The notes under the pieces: generated by a model
What the model saw: the letters and a program-made list of their open reading frames with translations, nothing else
Databases searched by the model: none
What the model was told of the DNA's origin: nothing
From: Thiomargarita sp.
Lineage (GTDB): Bacteria; Pseudomonadota; Gammaproteobacteria; Beggiatoales; Beggiatoaceae
Length of the DNA stretch: 64,000 nucleotides
Assembly: GCA_020721005.1 (NCBI GenBank)
Contig: DYNP01000006.1
Coordinates: 162,200-226,199, forward strand
Reading direction: 5' to 3'
In this document: positions 59,880-64,000 of the stretch, in pieces
Numbering within the stretch: position 1 is the first letter of the stretch
Layout: the number at the start of each line of letters is the position of its first letter
Made by a program: the position numbers and the translations under genes

Positions 59880-61163
59880 ATGTCAAAAAAAATAAACTTG
59901 ACCCTAGTGGCTATCAGTGTTATCACAACCACCCTACCCCTATCTACCCTAGCCACCAATGGCTATTCTTCCCACGGTTGGGGCACACAAAGTAAAAGTA
60001 TGGCAGGTATCGGAGTAGCCATGCCCCTAGACAACCTCAATGGTGCCAACAATCCTGCCACTTTACTAGAGGTAGGTCATCGCATGGACTTCGGACTCTC
60101 CCTATTCTCTCCCAATCGAGGCTATGCTGCCAACAATGACAGCTCAATAGGGTATCCAACAGTATCCCCAGGAAATTATGAAAGTGATTCCGAATACTTT
60201 CTCATTCCCAGCTTTGGCTACAACATTCCCCTTGACCAACTTTCCACAATAGGCATTCTCATCGGAGCCAATGGTGGCATGAACAGCGAATACAACAATG
60301 CAGTATTCTCAGCCTTCAACAACCCTGCCGGCACAGCCAGCACCCCCACAGGCATTGACCTAAAACAACTCTTCATTGGCATTCCCTATGCCAGAAAACT
60401 CAATGCCCAACACTCAATCGGCATCATGCCAATCATTGGCATTCAATCATTCAAAGGCTATGGCCTAGAACCCTTTCGCCCCTTCTCAAGTGCCCCCGAA
60501 CAACTCACTAATCAAGGCACAGACCTAGCCTATGGAGCCGGTCTCCGCATCGGTTGGTTTGGGAAAATCCAGCAACGATGGTCCATTGGTCTCTCCTATC
60601 AAACAAGAATTTACATGACCGAATTTGAAGATTACAAGGGACTCTTCGCGGAACATGGAGACTTTGACGTCCCAGCCACTCTGGTCATTGGCACCGCCTT
60701 TCAAGCCACCCCCACTGTCACTGCTGCCTTTGACATACAAACCATTTACTATTCCCAAGTCAACACCCTCGGTAACCGTTCAGACCTGACATTTATGCCA
60801 GGCACCATTGCGTTGGGAACTGATGATGGCTTAGGATTTGGCTGGGATGACATGACCATTTTTAAATGGGGACTACAATGGCAAATGCAACCCGATTTCA
60901 CCCTGCGCGCCGGCTATAGCCATGCCAATCAAGTCATTCCCCACACCCAAGCCCTCTTTGCCATTCTAGCCCCCGCGGTTGTTAGAGACCATATCACCCT
61001 TGGTCTTGGCCAAAAAATCACTCCCGACAGCGAAATCAACCTGTCTTTCATGTATGCACCTGAAGAAAAACTATTCGGGAGCAACCCAAACACAGGAACC
61101 CAAACTGGTCACGTCGAAATGTCCCAATACGAACTTGAAATCACCTGGAGTCAACGCTGGTAA
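59880..61163 (+). CDS. FadL/TodX-family outer-membrane hydrophobic-compound transporter
   Basis: The signal peptide is MSKKINLTLVAISVITTTLPLSTLATNG. The NPA hatch motif is GANNPATL. Length is 427 aa with a beta-barrel-like alternating pattern. Confidence 0.7.
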   Translation: MSKKINLTLVAISVITTTLPLSTLATNGYSSHGWGTQSKSMAGIGVAMPLDNLNGANNPATLLEVGHRMDFGLSLFSPNRGYAANNDSSIGYPTVSPGNYESDSEYFLIPSFGYNIPLDQLSTIGILIGANGGMNSEYNNAVFSAFNNPAGTASTPTGIDLKQLFIGIPYARKLNAQHSIGIMPIIGIQSFKGYGLEPFRPFSSAPEQLTNQGTDLAYGAGLRIGWFGKIQQRWSIGLSYQTRIYMTEFEDYKGLFAEHGDFDVPATLVIGTAFQATPTVTAAFDIQTIYYSQVNTLGNRSDLTFMPGTIALGTDDGLGFGWDDMTIFKWGLQWQMQPDFTLRAGYSHANQVIPHTQALFAILAPAVVRDHITLGLGQKITPDSEINLSFMYAPEEKLFGSNPNTGTQTGHVEMSQYELEITWSQRW

Positions 61164-61185
61164 CACCACTTCCTAATAGGCAGTG

Positions 61186-61215
61186 TAAGATGGGCTGACC
61201 CACAAAAAGCCCATC
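61186..61215. repeat. REP-like hairpin GTAAGATGGGCTGACCCACAAAAAGCCCATC
   Basis: Direct reading. It lies between the convergent fadL-like and Excalibur genes. Confidence 0.7.
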
Positions 61216-61234
61216 ACCTGCCAATAACTAAAAC

Positions 61235-61486
61235 CTAATTACACCACTGACTCTCACAGGGAATCCCATCATTGTCCCCATCCATCTTAGTGTCTGGACA
61301 ATTTTTTAGATAAAACGTAGCCTCTTCACAAGAAGTCATCTCTGAACAGTACTCCTTGCCAGCACAAGAGTATCTGCTTTGAGAGGGGGGGGAATCATCA
61401 CTTTCCTCATATCTGGAAAAATCCTCGCCTCTTTCACATGAACTCACCAACAGTACAACACTTACCAAAAATGCGATTCTCATTTT
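61235..61486 (-). CDS. Small Cys-rich lipoprotein with a C-terminal Excalibur (Ca-binding) motif
   Basis: The lipobox is LLVSSC. The motif DGDNDGIPCESQ matches the Excalibur DxDxDGxxCE signature. The start was trimmed to MKMRIAF. Confidence 0.55.
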   Translation of the reverse strand, partial: KMRIAFLVSVVLLVSSCERGEDFSRYEESDDSPPSQSRYSCAGKEYCSEMTSCEEATFYLKNCPDTKMDGDNDGIPCESQWCN

Positions 61487-61767
61487 CATACTTAAAATAC
61501 TCCTCTTTAAAAAACAATTACTTACAAACAAATGGCTTCGTAGTACGTCCTACAACATAATAGACTTATTTAGCGTAGAATAATCCAACAATTCATCCAA
61601 TAAACACAACCTTTTCTATTGTAAGTCAAGCAATTATCACGAATAATACACTGTTTTATAGCGATAATCTGCCGATTATATCAAGAATATTTGGCCAATG
61701 AAACAGACTGATCTGATTTATTTTGACCCCTATTTAATTCCAATTGACTTGTTTCGTTTTCATCAAT

Positions 61768-62031
61768 AGATCTCTTGCAGAAATATACGACAATGAAAAA
61801 ATGAGAGTTGTCCCTCAGTTAAGATAGTTGGAGTAGAGGCTTTAGCCGGTCAGCGGTCAGCCCTTGCAATTTGTGTATGTGGGGTGATGCCTACGGCTGA
61901 CCGGCTAAAGCCTCCACTCCAACCTACCGGCTAAAGCCTCTACTCCAATTCTAATGGGGATTTCCCTTTTATTTTTTCGTATCTCATCTTTATCGCATCA
62001 TTTACTTTTGCAAGAGGTCTAATATATTACT
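61768..62031. mobile_element. MITE-like composite element, copy G
   Basis: The left end is TA|GATCTCTTGCAGAAATATACGACAATGAAAAAATGAGAGTTGTCCCTCAGTTAAGATAG. The right end is ...CCCTTTTATTTTTTCGTATCTCATCTTTATCGCATCATTTACTTTTGCAAGAGGTC|TA. The central hairpin is CCGGTCAGCGGTCAGCCC...GGCTGACCGG. Confidence 0.75.
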
Positions 62032-62128
62032 TGAGCTTCCCTAATAACCAAAAACCTTATCTTCCTCAAACCAAGGACAAAGTTTAACACCCCCCCACAG
62101 AAAATTGAATTTTTTGCCCTCAAAAAGA

Positions 62129-64000
62129 CTATTTATTACAAGAAGTGGCTAATATCCATAATCCAGATTTTTTTTCAGCAACAACTCCATTCCCTTGCCC
62201 AGAACTCACTTCATTCTCCTGTCCAAAACGAGAAAGGGACACTATGCCACTGGCCATCAGATCATTAGCCGCATTTGGCACCCCTTCCCGTTCCACAATC
62301 ATAAAACTGCTCTGATCATCGACCAGGGAACAAGGCTTCTTTAACAAATCCTCGGCATTCAACGGCTTCGTTGTCAACACAATAAAATCTTCATTTGAAT
62401 TGCTAGGCTCTGTGACAATAAGCACACCATGAGTTCTGACTTGGGCAGAAGCATTAATTGTTCTCTCCAGAAATTTACCCGTGAAATTATAAATTAAAGT
62501 ACTGATAACTTCTGCATTCCCGTCACTTTCATTGCCTGTGCTGGCTGAAATTTGACTGCCGTCCAAAATCAAAAATAACGGCCTTAAAGTCAGATCCGGA
62601 TTCCCAAAATCTCCCACCATAATCACCTGTTTACCCACCAAATATAAATCACCAGGCACGCTCAATTTCAAATTCCCACCACGCGAACTATTTCCCAAAC
62701 TCTTAATCTTTCCTTCCTGTATGATCAAACGATCAGCAACCTGCACAGTAATGTGACCAATTTCACCCTGTGGTTCACTGTGGGTAGTTATTTCACCTGC
62801 ATCCAGTTTCAATTGTCGAGCCTCAATAAAAATATTTCCTCCTGTAGACGAACCAGATAAAAAAGTATCAATCGAACTCCCTTCACTGATCAACAAATTC
62901 CCAGCATCCACCACAATGTTGCCTCCCTGATCAGAAGAGCCCAACGTATCTGTTTGTATTTGCGCATAATCTCGTAAATAAAGGCGATCAGCATTCAATA
63001 AAATATTGCCCACTTTACCCGAAGCATTAGAGTAGTTGAGGGAAAAAACTCTGCTACCCATTTCCTGCGAATTTTTACCCGCCAATTCAATCTGTTCTGC
63101 AGATAGACTCAGATTACCTGCCGGGTTATTCCCCAATGTAACACTGCCAATTTGAGCTCCTTCTTTCAATGAAATGTGAGCAGCCGACAACTGAATGCCC
63201 ATTTCTTCTCCAGTCTCTTGCTGATTGTTCTCATTACCTTGAGTGGTTGTGAGAATCGAACTGCCTTGGCTACCCGACAACAAAATTTCCCCACTGGCCA
63301 ATACCTGAATAGTCCCACCTTGACCAGTTCCCAAGTTTATGGACTGTAACGAAGCGCCTTCAAACAAATGAACATTCTCAGCCGATAATCGAATGGAATC
63401 AACTCCACCTTTTTCCGTAGATTGCGTAACAATACCGCTGCGTTCTCCATTTGCATTTTCTCCAGAAAAATGAGTCAAACCAGTCACTTGCAAAACAATT
63501 TCTCCGCCTGTACCATTTCCAGAATGATTGCTGACAATACGAGAACCAGTATGAGCCGTAACCTGCTGTGCCTTGATCCCAATCCGTCTCTCAACGCTGT
63601 CTTGAGTATTGATTTGGAGGTCCGAATTTTCCAATTCTAAATGACCTGTTTGCACCTCAATAGCAGCGTGTTCCCCCGTTGATAATCCGTCATAAACTGG
63701 TTCCTCTGACTCCACAACATCAACCAATACTGTGGAATTATGCAGTTGAATATTTCCCGATAAATCATTGATCTGCAATTGTTTCTCATCAGTAAAACTG
63801 ATTTCACCGGCTTGAGCCAAAGTGGCCAATTGTATTCGTCCCTTTTCAATTCTCAGCAAAGAATCTTTCAATATCAGTTGGTTAGAAGTAAAAGAAATAT
63901 CGTGCTCGGCGGGAACAGTTAACAACTGGTTATTGTGAATAGTTAAAGCACTTGAAGAATTGTCTAAAAACCCAAAGGCTTGTGGAGCATGGGCCGAAAG
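62129..64000 (-). CDS. C-terminal part of a very large beta-helical repeat protein (filamentous-haemagglutinin-like). The gene continues past the window end.
   Basis: Across about 600 aa there are degenerate ~20-aa repeats rich in G/N/S/T/I/L (GGNIVVDAGNLLISEGSSI, GGNIFIEARQLKLDAGEIT, GGTIQVLASGEILLSGSQGS). There is no stop before position 64000. Confidence 0.6.
   Translation of the reverse strand, partial: LSAHAPQAFGFLDNSSSALTIHNNQLLTVPAEHDISFTSNQLILKDSLLRIEKGRIQLATLAQAGEISFTDEKQLQINDLSGNIQLHNSTVLVDVVESEEPVYDGLSTGEHAAIEVQTGHLELENSDLQINTQDSVERRIGIKAQQVTAHTGSRIVSNHSGNGTGGEIVLQVTGLTHFSGENANGERSGIVTQSTEKGGVDSIRLSAENVHLFEGASLQSINLGTGQGGTIQVLASGEILLSGSQGSSILTTTQGNENNQQETGEEMGIQLSAAHISLKEGAQIGSVTLGNNPAGNLSLSAEQIELAGKNSQEMGSRVFSLNYSNASGKVGNILLNADRLYLRDYAQIQTDTLGSSDQGGNIVVDAGNLLISEGSSIDTFLSGSSTGGNIFIEARQLKLDAGEITTHSEPQGEIGHITVQVADRLIIQEGKIKSLGNSSRGGNLKLSVPGDLYLVGKQVIMVGDFGNPDLTLRPLFLILDGSQISASTGNESDGNAEVISTLIYNFTGKFLERTINASAQVRTHGVLIVTEPSNSNEDFIVLTTKPLNAEDLLKKPCSLVDDQSSFMIVEREGVPNAANDLMASGIVSLSRFGQENEVSSGQGNGVVAEKKSGLWILATSCNK

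Overview
This 64 kb window is AT-rich chromosomal DNA, probably from a gammaproteobacterium. Indicators are a zapA/zapB pair, a ypjD-like gene, mlaA, and the hldE/hldD/waaC LPS-core genes. The cyanobacteria-like accessory content (TPR-CHAT protein, filamentous-haemagglutinin-like giant protein, AP2 protein) suggests a large sulfur bacterium of the Beggiatoa/Thiotrichales type. That organism assignment is inference only.

About 55 protein genes are supportable. Housekeeping genes include rsuA/rluB-like, waaC, hldE, hldD, ftsW, murG, ung, pckA, suhB, citrate synthase, purB, nrdAB, argA, folE2, trkH, uvrB, aspartate aminotransferase, osmC, yhhQ, zapAB, mlaA, sco1 and fadL. Two tRNAs are present: tRNA-Ala(CGC) and tRNA-Arg(CCU).

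Signalling genes are one large hybrid PAS/GAF histidine kinase and two REC-first histidine kinases. A tight four-gene operon encodes an HD-GYP/degenerate-GGDEF protein, an RsbT-like kinase fused to a PP2C phosphatase, an RsbR-like STAS protein and a Mth938-like protein.

The non-coding DNA is dominated by at least four repeat families:
- A composite MITE-like element, 140-540 bp, with TA target-site duplications, about 50-bp terminal inverted repeats, internal TGGAGTGGAGGCTTTAGCCGG tandem units and a central long hairpin. There are 7-8 copies, all intergenic.
- REP-like GTAG-headed hairpins (GTARGATGGGCTGA..AAGCCCATC), 6 copies at gene 3' ends.
- Hairpins that pair an anti-Shine-Dalgarno sequence with a Shine-Dalgarno sequence (CCCCTCCTT..AAGGAGGGG).
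- A 23-bp palindrome, GTTCCCA-N9-TGGGAAC, at 3 sites.

No CRISPR array, rRNA, prophage or recognisable defence island was found. The most system-like candidates are the RsbR/RsbT-PP2C/HD-GYP partner-switching c-di-GMP module, the SPFH / Cys-rich periplasmic-binding-protein lipoprotein / NADP-oxidoreductase operon, and the orphan MshEN-type GspE ATPase beside a GT2-folE2 pair.

The track lets TTG/GTG read as M, so gene starts are approximate and several were trimmed to an internal ATG with a Shine-Dalgarno sequence.
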